From NCBI RefSeq assembly GCF_004010195.1, contig NC_057719.1, positions 36,304,585 through 36,368,584 of the forward strand: a stretch of 64,000 nt of DNA. Direction: 5' to 3'. Position numbers and translations under genes: made by a program. Source of the stretch: Chiloscyllium plagiosum. Taxonomy: Eukaryota. The number at the start of each line of letters is the position of its first letter. Position 1 is the stretch's first letter. The notes below the pieces were generated by a model, which was not told where the DNA came from, searched no databases, and saw nothing but the letters and a program-made list of their open reading frames with translations. Below are positions 48,389 through 60,559 of this stretch, piece by piece.

Positions 48389-49470
48389 GGAGAGTGGGAT
48401 ACCTGTGGCCGAAGTGTGAGTTACCAGTGACCTGGGGCCAGATTGTGGGATACCAGTGACCTGGGGCCGGAGTGTGAGTTACCAGTCACCTGGGGCCGGA
48501 GTGTGAGATACCAGTGACCTGTGGCCAGAGTGTGAGTCACCAGTGACCTGTGGCTGGAGTATGGGTTACCAGTAACTTGTGGCCGGAGTGTGGGTTACCA
48601 CTGACCTGTGGCCGGAGTGTGGGATACCAGTGACTTGTGGGTGGAGTGTGGGTTACCAGTGACCTGTGGGTGGAGTGTGGGTTACCAGTGACCTGTGGGT
48701 GGAGTGTAGGTTACCAGTGACTTGTGGGTGGAGTGTGGGTTACCAGTGACCTGTGGGTAGAGTGTGGGTTACCAGTGACCTGTGGACGGAGTGTGGGTTA
48801 CCAGTGACTTGTGGCTGGAGTGTAGGTTACCAGTGACCTGTGGATGGAGTGTGGGTTACCAGTGACTTGTGGGTGGAGTGTGGGATACCAGTGACCTGTG
48901 GCCAGAGTGTGGGATACCAGTGACCTGTGGGCTGAGTGTGTGATAACAGTGACCTGGGGCTGGAGTGTGGGATACCAGTGACTTGTGGCTGGAGTGTGGG
49001 TTACCAGTGACCTGTGGACGGAATGTGGGTTACCAGTAACTTGTGGCCAGAGTGTGGGATACCAGTGACCAGGGGCTGAAGTGTGGGATACCAGTGACTT
49101 GTGGCCAGAGTATGGGATACCAGTGACCTGGGGCCGGAGTGTGGGTTACCAGTGACCTGGGGCCGGAGCGTGGGATACCAGTGATCTGTGGCCGGAGTGT
49201 GGGTTACCAGTGACCTGTGGCCAGAGTGTGGTATACCAGTGATCTGTGGCTGGAGTGTGGGTTACCAGTGACCTGTGGGCAAAGTACGGCTTACCAGTGG
49301 CCTGAGGCCGGTGTGTGAGTTACCAGTGACTTGTGGCTGGAGTGTGAGTTACCAGTGACCTGTGGGCAAAGTATGGGTTACCAGTGGCCTGAGGCCGGTG
49401 TATGAATTACCAGTGACTTGTGGCTGGAGTGTGAGTTACCAGTGACCTGTGGCCGCAGTGTGGGTTACTA
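48389..49470. repeat. 29-bp minisatellite, about 37 units (consensus ccagtgacctgtggccggagtgtgggtta)
   Basis: Head-to-tail tandem units with point variants and no unique spacers. Confidence 0.95.
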
Positions 49471-49621
49471 GCGAACAGTTGCCAAGTGCGGAGCGTGGTG
49501 TCAGACTATGTGCTGGTTCCCTGTGCTAGTCTGCTGCGCAGAGCCTTTGGAGTGAGACTGTGATGTTTGTCTTTTTAACTTTGCTTCTTGTTTTTCTGAC
49601 CTATGGATATCCAGGGTATTG

Positions 49622-50486
49622 ACAATAGACAATAGACAATACATGCAGGAGTAGGCCATTCAGCCCTTCGAGCCTGCACCGCCATTCAATATAATCATGG
49701 CTGATCATTCCTAATCAGTATCCTGTTCCTGCCTTATCTCCATAACCCTTGATACCACTATCTTTGAGAGCTCTATCCAACTCCTCCTTAAATGAATCCA
49801 GAGAGTNNNNNNNNNNNNNNNNNNNNNNNNNNNNNNNNNNNNNNNNNNNNNNNNNNNNNNNNNNNNNNNNNNNNNNNNNNNNNNNNNNNNNNNNNNNNNN
49901 NNNNNNNNNNNNNNNNNNNNNNNNNNNNNNNNNNNNNNNNNNNNNNNNNNNNNNNNNNNNNNNNNNNNNNNNNNNNNNNNNNNNNNNNNNNNNNNNNNNN
50001 NNNNNNNNNNNNNNNNNNNNNNNNNNNNNNNNNNNNNNNNNNNNNNNNNNNNNNNNNNNNNNNNNNNNNNNNNNNNNNNNNNNNNNNNNNNNNNNNNNNN
50101 NNNNNNNNNNNNNNNNNNNNNNNNNNNNNNNNNNNNNNNNNNNNNNNNNNNNNNNNNNNNNNNNNNNNNNNNNNNNNNNNNNNNNNNNNNNNNNNNNNNN
50201 NNNNNNNNNNNNNNNNNNNNNNNNNNNNNNNNNNNNNNNNNNNNNNNNNNNNNNNNNNNNNNNNNNNNNNNNNNNNNNNNNNNNNNNNNNNNNNNNNNNN
50301 NNNNNNNNNNNNNNNNNNGAGTTTTCTGCCTCATTGATACAGTTGTCTTTCTTGACTTCTCTTGTTCTAACTTTCCCTTCAATTTCCTTTTTAAACATCC
50401 AGCTTGTCCCCTCCCCCCCGCTACTTAGTTTAAATGTAGCAGTGCTGCAGTAGAAAACCTGCCTGCCAGAATACTGGTCCCTAACC
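49622..50486 (-). mobile_element. Young CR1 insertion spanning the second gap
   Basis: Left side: 3' tail acaatagacaatagacaata plus ORF2 end SLDSFKEELDRALKDSGIKGYG. Right side: ORF1 esterase end LGTSILAGRFSTAALLHLN*. TSD tattg at 49617-49621 and 50487-50491. Confidence 0.75.
49807..50318. other. Assembly gap (512 N)
   Basis: Run of N. Confidence 1.
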
Positions 50487-50939
50487 TATTGCTGTAATGT
50501 TACTTTCTTTTCTTCATTTCTCTATTCTGTAGCTCAGGAGTTTCCCTCGGTACTTTTCTCTCGGCCAGTGAAGAGCTACTTGATGACAAGGGCAAAGAAA
50601 ATCTCATTTTGATCTGTGTGGAACAGTGAGATGGGACCTGGCCAGTGAGCAATAAGGGGCCTATTTTCATGTATTACCATCTCATTACTACCGGTCTCAG
50701 TTTATTAATATGCTGTTTCTCACTCTCCTAGCTGCTGGATAAAAATGAAATGGCAATAATTCCCGACATGAAAGTCAGAGTGGGTACCTGGATATCCAGC
50801 TCGCCACTTGTTCCTCTGAAACTCCACGTTGGACACCTGGCACTAACATCTCACGGCACACTCTATGCTCAGAAATCACACACATTCCCCCCCCCCACCA
50901 TCCATCAATAGATCCTGGCATCTGATGAGTACGAGTTTC

Positions 50940-51802
50940 CTGATATCTAAATGGAGTCAAGTTAGGTAAAGGGGAAGTGCAACGAGATCTAAGTGTTCTT
51001 GTACATCAGTCATTGAAAGCAAGCATGCAGGTACAGCAGGCAGTGAAGAAAGCTAATGGCATGCTGGCCTTCATAACAAGAGGAATTGAGTATAGGAGCA
51101 AAGACGTCCTTCTGCAGATGTACAGGGCCCTGGTGAGACCGCACCTGGAGTATTGTGTGCAGTTCTGGTCTCCAAATTTGAGGAAGGACATTCTGGCTAT
51201 TGAGGGAGTGCAGTGCTGGAAAAGCGCAGCAGGTCAGGCAGCATCCAAGGAACAGGAGAATCGATGTTTCGGGCATAAGCCCTTCTTCAGTTATGGATGC
51301 TGCCTGACCTGCTGCGCTTTTCCAGCAACACATTTTCAGCTCTGATCTCCAGCATCTGCAGTCCGCACTTTCTCCTGGGCTTATATACACTTGAGTTTAG
51401 AAGGATTTGAGGGGATCTGATTGAGACATATAAAATTATTAAAGGATCAGACACTCTGGAGACAGGAAGCAGGTTTCTGCTAATGGGTGAGTCCAGAACC
51501 AGAGGACACAGTTTAAAAATAAGGGGTAGGCCATTTCGAACAGAGTTGAGGAGAAACTTCTTCACCCAGACAGTGATGGATAAATGGAATGCTCTGCCCC
51601 AGAATGCTGTGAAGACCAAGTCTCTGGATAATTTCAAGAAAGAGATGGATAGAGCTCTTAAGGATTGTGGAATCAAGGGTTATGGGGATAAGGCAGGAAC
51701 AGGATACTGATTGTGGATGACCATCAATGATCATAATGAATGGCGGTGCTGGCTCAAAGGGCCAAATGGCCTACTCCTACACGCATTGTCTATTGTCTAT
51801 TG
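50940..51802 (+). mobile_element. Young CR1 3' fragment with an internal PLE insert
   Basis: ORFs 50977 (QRDLSVLVHQSLK...RPHLEYCVQFWSP) and 51483 (RTRGHSLKIRG...RRNFFTQ); tail attgtctattgtctattg. Confidence 0.92.
51213..51375. mobile_element. Fold-back PLE pLTR insert (family 1) without TSD
   Basis: Arms tgctggaaaagcgcagcaggtcaggcagcatcc / ggatgctgcctgacctgctgcgcttttccagca; part of the host CR1 appears to be missing at the junction. Confidence 0.82.
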
Positions 51803-54449
51803 ATATCATCATAGCACATCACCCATCCACGTCCTGTACAGTTCTGCACTAGTGCACAAGCACCTTTCATTGTATTGCTGCTGAAAGGACATTTTTTCAA
51901 CAGGGAAATGCACATTTCTCATGGACTGGACCAGGCTGCATCTCAGGACTGTTTACTCACTGTCTTAGTGCTCACTCACCTTTTGCCGACTGTGATGCAT
52001 GCAGACATCTCTGCCTTACCTTGCCTTTTGGCACTTTGCCTTCTCAGTCAGAGTCCAAGGGCTCACAGTACCACTGTCATGTCTTGCTGCTTTACACAAA
52101 TGCCGCTTGTCTTAGTTATCAGCAATGATCAGTTAAGAGAGTGGCTGCATTGCATTACAGCATAGTGCTATGTCAACCTCACAGCAACAGCACGTGCTGC
52201 GGCCTACACGGAGTGTGTTTCAGCTTAGTGACTATGTCTCAGTCTTTTTAAAAATTAATTCATGGGTTGTGCATGTTGCTGGCTATGCCAGCATTTAGTG
52301 CCCATTACTAGTTGCCTTTGAGAGGATGATGGTGAACTGCCTTCTTGAACCACTGCAGTACATTTGGCATAAGTGTACATCATGCCATAAGGAAGACAGT
52401 TCCAGGATTTTGATCTAGTGACACTGATGGAGCCAAGGCTGTAATGAGGTCAGGAGCCCGCAGGGAACACAAACTGGACATCAGTGAGCAGGTTATTGCT
52501 GAGCAGGTGCTGCTTGATAGCATCATTGATAACACCATCCATCACTTAACTAAAAATCATGAGTAGATTGATGGGTGGTCATTGGCTGGGTTGGATTTGT
52601 TCTGCTTTTATGTATAGGACATATCTGAGCAACGTTTCAAATTGTCAGACAGAATCAATGTTGTAAATAGTGTTGGCTTGGGGAGCGGCAAGTTCTGGAA
52701 CATGTCTTCAGAACTATTGCTGGAATCTTGTCAGAGGCCATTCAAATTCCCACCATTTTTTCATATATTCAGAAGGTACAAAGGGGCAAATGTTTATTGC
52801 CCTTGACACCATGTCCTCCAGATGAGCAAAGGGCAATGTGTCACTGCAAGTTGGGGGTGTCCTGAGTCAACATTGTGGAATTATGCACAAGTCTGATCAT
52901 CATTCCACATCCTGAAAATTGGTGCTAGGTACCTGCAAAGCTGCTACACTACCTATATCCTTGAGAACTTTTGTTCCTGTTGCATTACAACGATTAGATA
53001 TCTTACTAGAGACCAGGTCTATCCTCAGAGTTCAGCCATGTTCAGAGTTATGCAACTGCCTCACTGAGGCAGAGCACATATACAATGGGATACAATTTCA
53101 ACTGGTAGAGGTCTGCTGAAGATAAAGTTCTGATGCTTGAATTGATCTGGAGAGTGCTCTGCATGGATGTGCCACAAAGTCCTAGAATATTATACTGGAG
53201 AAGGCAAAAAGGGAATGTGATGGACTCCAAAGAATTGTAAGAGTGACAGGAATCATCTGAGGGGAGAAGATGATAACATTAAGCAGGAGGGAGAACATCA
53301 TGAATTTCCAGTACTTCCTGAAATCATTCGGAAAAGATGGTAAGAAGACCATAGCTTTTGAGTATCTGATTGGCATTCATTGCAACTCTTTAATTTCCAG
53401 AATTTGCTCCTTTCTTAGTAACTATAAAAGTACAAGGAATTGAAATGGGGGAAGACCATTTCGAGCCTGGCTCTGCCATTTAATAAGATCAAGGCTGCTC
53501 TGAAGCAGTTTATTAAAATTTGTTATTTTGGATGTAAACATGAGATATATTGTTATACTCAGCAGTACTTGAGTTTTAAAGAGCGATTTCATGTATCCAA
53601 CCTTAGAGTTCTTTTCAGTTAATATGCTTCAAAGATCTACTTCTAAATTTGTTGTAGTTCATCAAGTGTAAGTCATTAATAATGAGGTACACAGTTTAGA
53701 TGTACTGGTATATGATTTAACCATTGACTTTCAGTGTAAACATTATTTGTGAATGGCATATTATTTTATCAATAAAGTCATATATGAAGATACAGATTCT
53801 CTTTGAGTCTATGTCCAATCTTGAAAGCTAATCATTAAAGGTAAAGACCGGGAAATTAGGTTTAATGTCACCCATGCTTACATGTGTAAAATGAATGAGT
53901 GAAGCTCTATTCTCAAAGCAGGACTGATGGAGCACTGAGTTATATGAAACTGTTAACCCATGGAATTGGGTTAATAGTTACTAGGTTAAAGTCCACTCAA
54001 CAAAATTTGTTTCTGCCATGAATGCAGCAGTCTTGTCAGCCAATCCAATAGTTCTTCTGTGTAATAGTTTTTTTTTGCTTTGATCCCTTTTTGTGGCACC
54101 AAAGGAGTATTCTCTTTCAGCACCACACTAAATCCATGAATGCTTTGTAGAAATAGCTTGCCCACTCCCTCCCCTGTCCAAATCAACTCGCTTCAACCCC
54201 AAACTTACATCCCAGGCTCACTTCATGAATGCCACCAATGTCCAAGCTAGTCAATTTTGACGTCTCTTGGGACTGCCAAACAACTTCTGAGGCCACAACC
54301 AGAGAGTCACTCTATGGAAGTCCTGCTTCCCCCATCCTTGGGAGGAAACAGCATGTGCTGCTCAAGGATTGTGTACTTAACAGCAGCACAATTCACTTTG
54401 TAAGCTTATATTTCAGGCATTTGCTTGACAGCTACTCATCGTCATATGA

Positions 54450-55490
54450 GGCATAGACTACTTTCTAAATGGGGAATGTGTTTGGAAATTTGAAGCTCAA
54501 AAGAGACTGGTGATCCTCACTCAGGATTCCTTTGAAGTTAACATGCAGGTTCAGGTGGTGGTTAGGAAGGTAAATGTAATGTCAGCACTCATTTCAAGGG
54601 GGCTAGAATAAAAGAGCAGAGATGTACTGCTGAGGGCTGTATAAGGCTCTGATCAGACCGCATTTGGAATATTGTGAGCAGTTTTAGGCTCCGTATCTAA
54701 GGAAAGATATGCTGACCTTGGACGGAATCGAGAGGGGGTTTACAAGAATGGTCCCAGGGATGAAGGACTTGTCATATGAGGGATGGTTGAGGACTCTGGT
54801 TCTATATTAAATGGAATTTAGAAGGATGAAGTGTGGTCTCATTGAAACTTACAGAATACTGACAGCTGGATAAAGTAGCAGTAGTGTGTAGTAACAACAA
54901 GATGCACAGCAGAAATTCACCAAAGATCTTCAGACAGCACTGTTAAAACCCACGACCACTTCTATCTAGAAGAACAATGGCAGCCGATTAATGGGAACAC
55001 CATCATCTTCAAGTTCCCCTTCAAACAACTCACCATCCTGATTTGGAAATATATTGCGTTCCTTCACTGTCACCGGGTCAAAATCCTAGAATTCCCTCCC
55101 TGGTGGCATTTTGGGTTAGCCCACAGCAGGTTGATTGCAGCGGTTCAAGAAGTCAGCTCACCACCACCTTCTCAAGGGCAACTAGGGACAGGCAATAAAA
55201 ATGATGGCTAGCCTGTGATGCCCACATCCCACAAATGAATTTTAAAAATATGTGCATGGAGAAGGTGTTTCCACTAGCGGGAGAAACTAGGACCAAGAGC
55301 ACAATGTCAGAGATAAGGGATGACCCATTTGAACTGAGATGAGGAGAAAATTCTTTAACCAAACGATGGTGAATCTATGGAAATCATGCTTCCGAGGGTT
55401 GAGGAGACCAAGTCAGTGAGGGTATTTAAGACGGAAATAGGTGTGTTCTTGATTGGTCAGGGGATCGAGATAATTGGTTGAGAAAATTGT
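54450..55490 (+). mobile_element. CR1 fragment interrupted by a second LINE family (54880-55245)
   Basis: LYKALIRPHLEYCEQF at ~54640; CR1 resumes at ~55250 with KVFPLAGETRTKS...EMRRKF. Confidence 0.75.
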
Positions 55491-56689
55491 TTTGAGTGGC
55501 CACAACTTTAGTTTAAACTTGATATAAATTTTGATATTTGAAGCAGTCTTGTATTTTAGGCATGTCTGAAACATATCCTAATGTGAGAAGAGATTATTAA
55601 AATCTCTACCCAACAGAGCATTCAAACTGATGGAGCATTACGACAAAATGAGTACTAAGCAGTATGAATAGTAGATGTAAAACAGTAAATTTTGAGCCAT
55701 TGGATACAGATGTACTTCACATAATCTATCCCTACACTGTACAAATTGAGAGGTTTTAATTGTTCAAATCCATCAGAAAAAGAAATTTGCCATACTGCTG
55801 TGCTGTAAATCCTACTGGATTTCAAATGAAGGTTGTTAAATTCCTGTTTGGAATATTATAGGTCTGATTTTTCTCATAATTTCAATTCCTTTACTCCTTT
55901 TCTCCTCCTTTGTTTACATTATTCTTTTCCTCTATTGTCCATCATATTGACTGTGATAGTCATCAGCAGTAGGAATAAAAGAAGACACAGAGCAATGTTA
56001 ATAGGCTGTCATTGTCACCCATTTTTACTTCATCACACAAAAACAAAATCACTTATCTTGCTTTTGCTCAGATTTTGATTTTCTTGCTATCTCTACATTC
56101 GCTTTACATTTCCTTTAATTCCTATCCACTTTCAGATCCTACCATTCATCACTATTTGCTTTCTCCAGGATTTTCTCCACTTGTTCTGCTTCCTTCTATT
56201 ATCCCTGTCTCCTTGTCTTCAAGATTTTCTTCTTCTTTTCACTGTCTGCCTTACAATAACACAAGACAACTCAGTCCTTCATCCGGTATCGTTTTCTAAA
56301 GCCCTCAGTCAACCACTGACCTTGGTGAAGGTTAACACAGCAAGGTTTCAGAGTCATGTGGGCTTATTACGATTACTTGAATTGGGTGAGCAGCAGATCA
56401 AACAGGCTGCTGAGCAAGATTGGTTTTATGCTTAGGCAGGAATTGCACTGGCACTGCTGTTTGATTTGCATATCAACCATAACCTCGAGAAAATTAATTA
56501 TTCATGAGGAAAAGGACATTTACGCTACAACAGTCTTAATAAACTATGTCAAATTTCTGTTAGAATTGGTCTCTAATTGGACAGCAGTTTTTTTTAAGCT
56601 TTGAGATATTTGCGTAGATTATATAGTGTATTTTTTTTTAAAACCAATTTAGGAAATAAAACAATTTCTGTGAGATTTTAGGATTAGGG

Positions 56690-57680
56690 TTGACTACTAT
56701 TCTAAATGGTGTGCAGGAGCAGAGAGACCTGAGTATACATGTCCCTAAGGCAGTAAAGTATGCAGAAGAGGTAACAGGAGCAGTCAATAAAGCATAAAAT
56801 ATCATTAGGCATTTTTAGTAATGGCAAAGTTAAAAGACCTCTTAAACTCCACAACCACCTGAAGGAGCAGCGCTCCGAAAGCTAGTGCTTCCAATTAAAC
56901 CTGTTGGACTTTAACCTGGTGTTGTCTGACTTTTAACTTTGTTCACCCCAGCCCAATACTGGCATCTCCAAATCTTAATAATGGCATGAAGTGTAAGAGC
57001 AAGGAGCTAATGCTGCACTTAGATCAGACACAAGTTAGACTTCAGCTGGAGTACTGTGAGCCATAATTTAGGAAGACCAAAAGACCTTTGGAACAAGTAG
57101 GAACAGGATTAGGTCATTCAGCCCTGTAAGCTTGCTTTGCCATTCAGTAGGATCATGGCCAATTCTGAAAGATATGAATTCATTACAGAAAGTACAAAAG
57201 AGGTTGACAAGAATGGTTCCAGTGATTATACTACATAATGAAGACAGACGGGAGAAATTGGGACTTTTTCCTTGGGAGCAGGGAGACGGCTCAGAGATTT
57301 GATAGAAGTTTTCAAAATCATGAGGGGTTTGGATTGAGTAGATAAAGAGAAATTGTTCCCACTCATAAAAGGACCAAGAATGATAGGGTACAGTTTTAAA
57401 GTAATTTGCAAAAGAAGCAAATGTGAAGTGAGAAAAAGCTTTCACACTTTCACTTTGAGTAGTTAGCATCTGGGATGCACTGCCTGGAAACATGGTGGAG
57501 CCTGGTTCAGTCAAGGCATTCAGAGGGGCATGAGATGTTTATTTGAACAGAAACAGCGTGCAAGGTTATGGGTAAATTATAGTAAAATGGCACTGTATCA
57601 TAGCGGTCATTCAGAGAGCTGGTGCAGAGCCAATGGCCAAATGGCCTCCTTCTGCACTGTAAACCTTTTACGGCTCTAGA
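56690..57680 (+). mobile_element. Decayed CR1 3' region containing a family-2 PLE insert (56827-56966)
   Basis: VRLQLEYC at ~57035 and DLIEVFKIMRGLD at ~57300; PLE sequence ctgaaggagcagcgctccgaaagctagtgcttccaattaaacc at 56860-56902. Confidence 0.75.
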
Positions 57681-57929
57681 GTCATAAAGAGTCCGTATTT
57701 GAAATATGTCAATATGGCTGTTTTGCGACATTGGCGAGTCTTCACTGCATTTCCAACTTTTTTTTGGTTTTGTTTAGAGATTTTTGTAACCCCTGAACAG
57801 AATGGGCTCAACAGGAGCAGGAAACATGTTGGACATAGTGACATAATCAGGTGGGTGCTGAAATCTTGATTTCTCCATGGCAGGTTGACTTTACGGGATT
57901 GAAGCAGCATATATTTACATATGTACATA

Positions 57930-58660
57930 CAAGTTAGGAGCAGGAGTGTCCCATTCAGTTTTTCAAGTCTGCTCTAACATGAATAAAATCATGGCTGATC
58001 TGATTAACCCACATTACTGACTACTCCCTAATAACCTTTCACTCTCTCACCTATCAAGAATCTACCACCTTTTGAGGAAGATAGTTCAAAGAGTCACAAT
58101 TTGTTTTAAGAAAGAAATCTTCTCATCTCTGTCTTTAAATGGCTACCCCATAGGTCTAGATTCTCCCTTAAGAGGAAACATCCTTTTGACATTCACTGTG
58201 TCAAGAATTTTCAGTATCTTATGTGTTTCAGTTAAGTTTCCTCATTATTTTAAATTCTAGCAGGCACAAACCTAGCCTGTCCAACCTTCAAAAGGCAACC
58301 CCACCTATTCTAAATATTAATCTAGTAAACTGTCTCTGAATTGCCTTCACCATACTTACATTTTTCCTTAAATAAGGAGAACAATACTGTTCACAGTACT
58401 TGGGATACTGTCTCATCAGTGCCCTGTATAATCGAAGCATAACCTCCCTACTTTTGTATTTAATTCCCTCTGTGATCAATGATAACATTATCTTTACATG
58501 CCTGATTACTTGCTGCTTCTGCTTATTAACCTTTTGTGAGTCATGCACCACAGTACTCAGATTCCTTTACATCACATCATTCTGCAGGCTACACAAATGA
58601 ATAATTTCACATTTCCCATGCTAAATATGCCACTTGCCAGATCTTTGCCCACTAACTTAA
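57930..58660 (-). mobile_element. CR1 3' fragment
   Basis: ORF 58288-58551(-) GIKYKSREVMLRLYRALMR...YCSPYLRK; terminus ttaggagcaggagtgtcccattcag. Confidence 0.8.
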
Positions 58661-60559
58661 TCATTGCAAGGAACCTAAGCGCCAGTGTCCTATCACCTGC
58701 GAACTATTGGATCCTCAGGATAGATGCTTACGTTTGTCAGTCTCCTCCTGGAGTAGGCTTCAAACCCACATCCCCTCATACCAAGAAAGACGAGGAGAGA
58801 ATATCTCTGTTATGCACAATCATAGATGATGATGATTCCTGAGGACGATCTCTGACAGATGTCACATTCAGATTCTTATCCATCTTGACAAATCAATATG
58901 TGCCCATTCATCAATTCATTGACTCAGCTGTGAGTAACCCTGATCTGTCGCCTCACCATTGCATATATGGGAGGGCAACCAGAGACTGCATGATCAGCCA
59001 TGTCCCACAGGGTGCAAGTTCACACTGTACCATACATACAAACATCCAGTAAGGACTAAATACAACAATACTGATGGCAGGAAATTAGATGTCCCCCTGT
59101 ACTCTTCATTGCCATGACTGCCAAGCATGAGGCATACCAGGATAATATGCACTCTGACTAAGCAAGTTTCAATAAATGAGCCTGATGCACACAAGTATAA
59201 AGTGAAACAAATATAATGTGACACATTTCCAAATGGATAAGTGCACAATGATTAAAAATTGGTGCCCTCATAAAACCTTTCTCAAGAATGCTTGGAAATT
59301 AAAGGGGTCAATGCAGTAGCACACATGATTTGTAGATGGGGAGATATCTGAGTATTTAACACAATGATCCTCATCTTAGGTTATCTCAGGTTTCCTATGA
59401 CAAATACATTTCTAACATTAACAATGCTTCCTGTTATAAGGAGATTTGTGTAGTTTTCAAACTTTAATCCATTTCATTGAAACCATAAAGTCCAAGCTGC
59501 GAATATGTAGTAGGCAAAATAAAATTCACTTTTATTCATGTAGTCATTGAGCTTTCCGAACTGTTTATTTTTCAGCAACATCGAACATGGCTGGAATCCA
59601 AATTTCTGCTTGCTCCTTAATGGAATCACATTTAACCAGATGGTATGAGAGCCAATGTTTATTTGTTCTACTGCAGCAGTAGTCTGAAACTGGGATTGTT
59701 CATTTTTTTTAAACAGTCCATTCAACAGTGGATTTCTCCTCAGTAAGGGCTCTTCGATGGTAGCCATACATTTGTTTCAAGTGGGAAATTATGGTAGTCA
59801 AGATCCAGTGGTGTGCAGGATCCTTAACATGATACCTTTTCTGTCAGGACATACCTTCGTTTAAACAGAATATTTCTGATTTCATGGTGATTTACCAGCT
59901 TAAATCTTCAGTCATAACCCAACCCACATTGGAGGTGTACCTTACTATGTATGCATTTGTGACTTTAATGACAGCCAACTCCAGGAATTGGCCTAGCAGC
60001 CAGCCTGGAGGTATGTAAACCCAGAATAAAAATTAATGACTGGCCCAATGTGAAGTGCTACACAGTAATTACACATGTCAATATTATAGACACTATTCTC
60101 CAGCAGTGCCTTGGGCTATGGAGCTTACTTGGTCAGAACAAAATACCAGCATAATTTAAAAGTTTACTGTAAAAGTTTTAAAGTAAAAAGTTATGCTTAG
60201 AAATGTGTCTGACATTATCTGCCAAAATAATCCTAAATAACACTGTTATTCGTTCTACTGTTACATCTGAGGTCAGAGCGTGAACAGTTTTTTTTTCTAG
60301 TTCCATTCCTTCACTGGTCACAACAAATTGTAAATTTAACAGATTGGTGATATAGCAAATTATTTAGGTCTTAGACTTGGTTTGGTTCAGTATTAAGGAC
60401 TTGTCAGCCAAGTTTCATTTGCCAATAACAAATTAACTGGTTTATTACCAAAACCAAACTTGCCCTACCAAAGGTTCAACAATGGCATCTTCATCATGAA
60501 GGTACGCTACATCATGGCAATTATAATATGTCTGAATTTTACATCAGTTTGCAGAAGAT

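Noticed and set aside
48389..49470. CRISPR array or interstitial telomere
   Set aside because: Units are contiguous with no unique spacers and no cas genes, in eukaryotic context. GGGTTA occurs once per unit, not as (TTAGGG)n.
49711..50453. Long ORFs across the second gap
   Set aside because: Artefacts of N runs flanked by CR1 sequence.
59474..59767. 97-aa ATG-initiated ORF
   Set aside because: No recognisable domain or convincing splice context; the length is within chance expectation.
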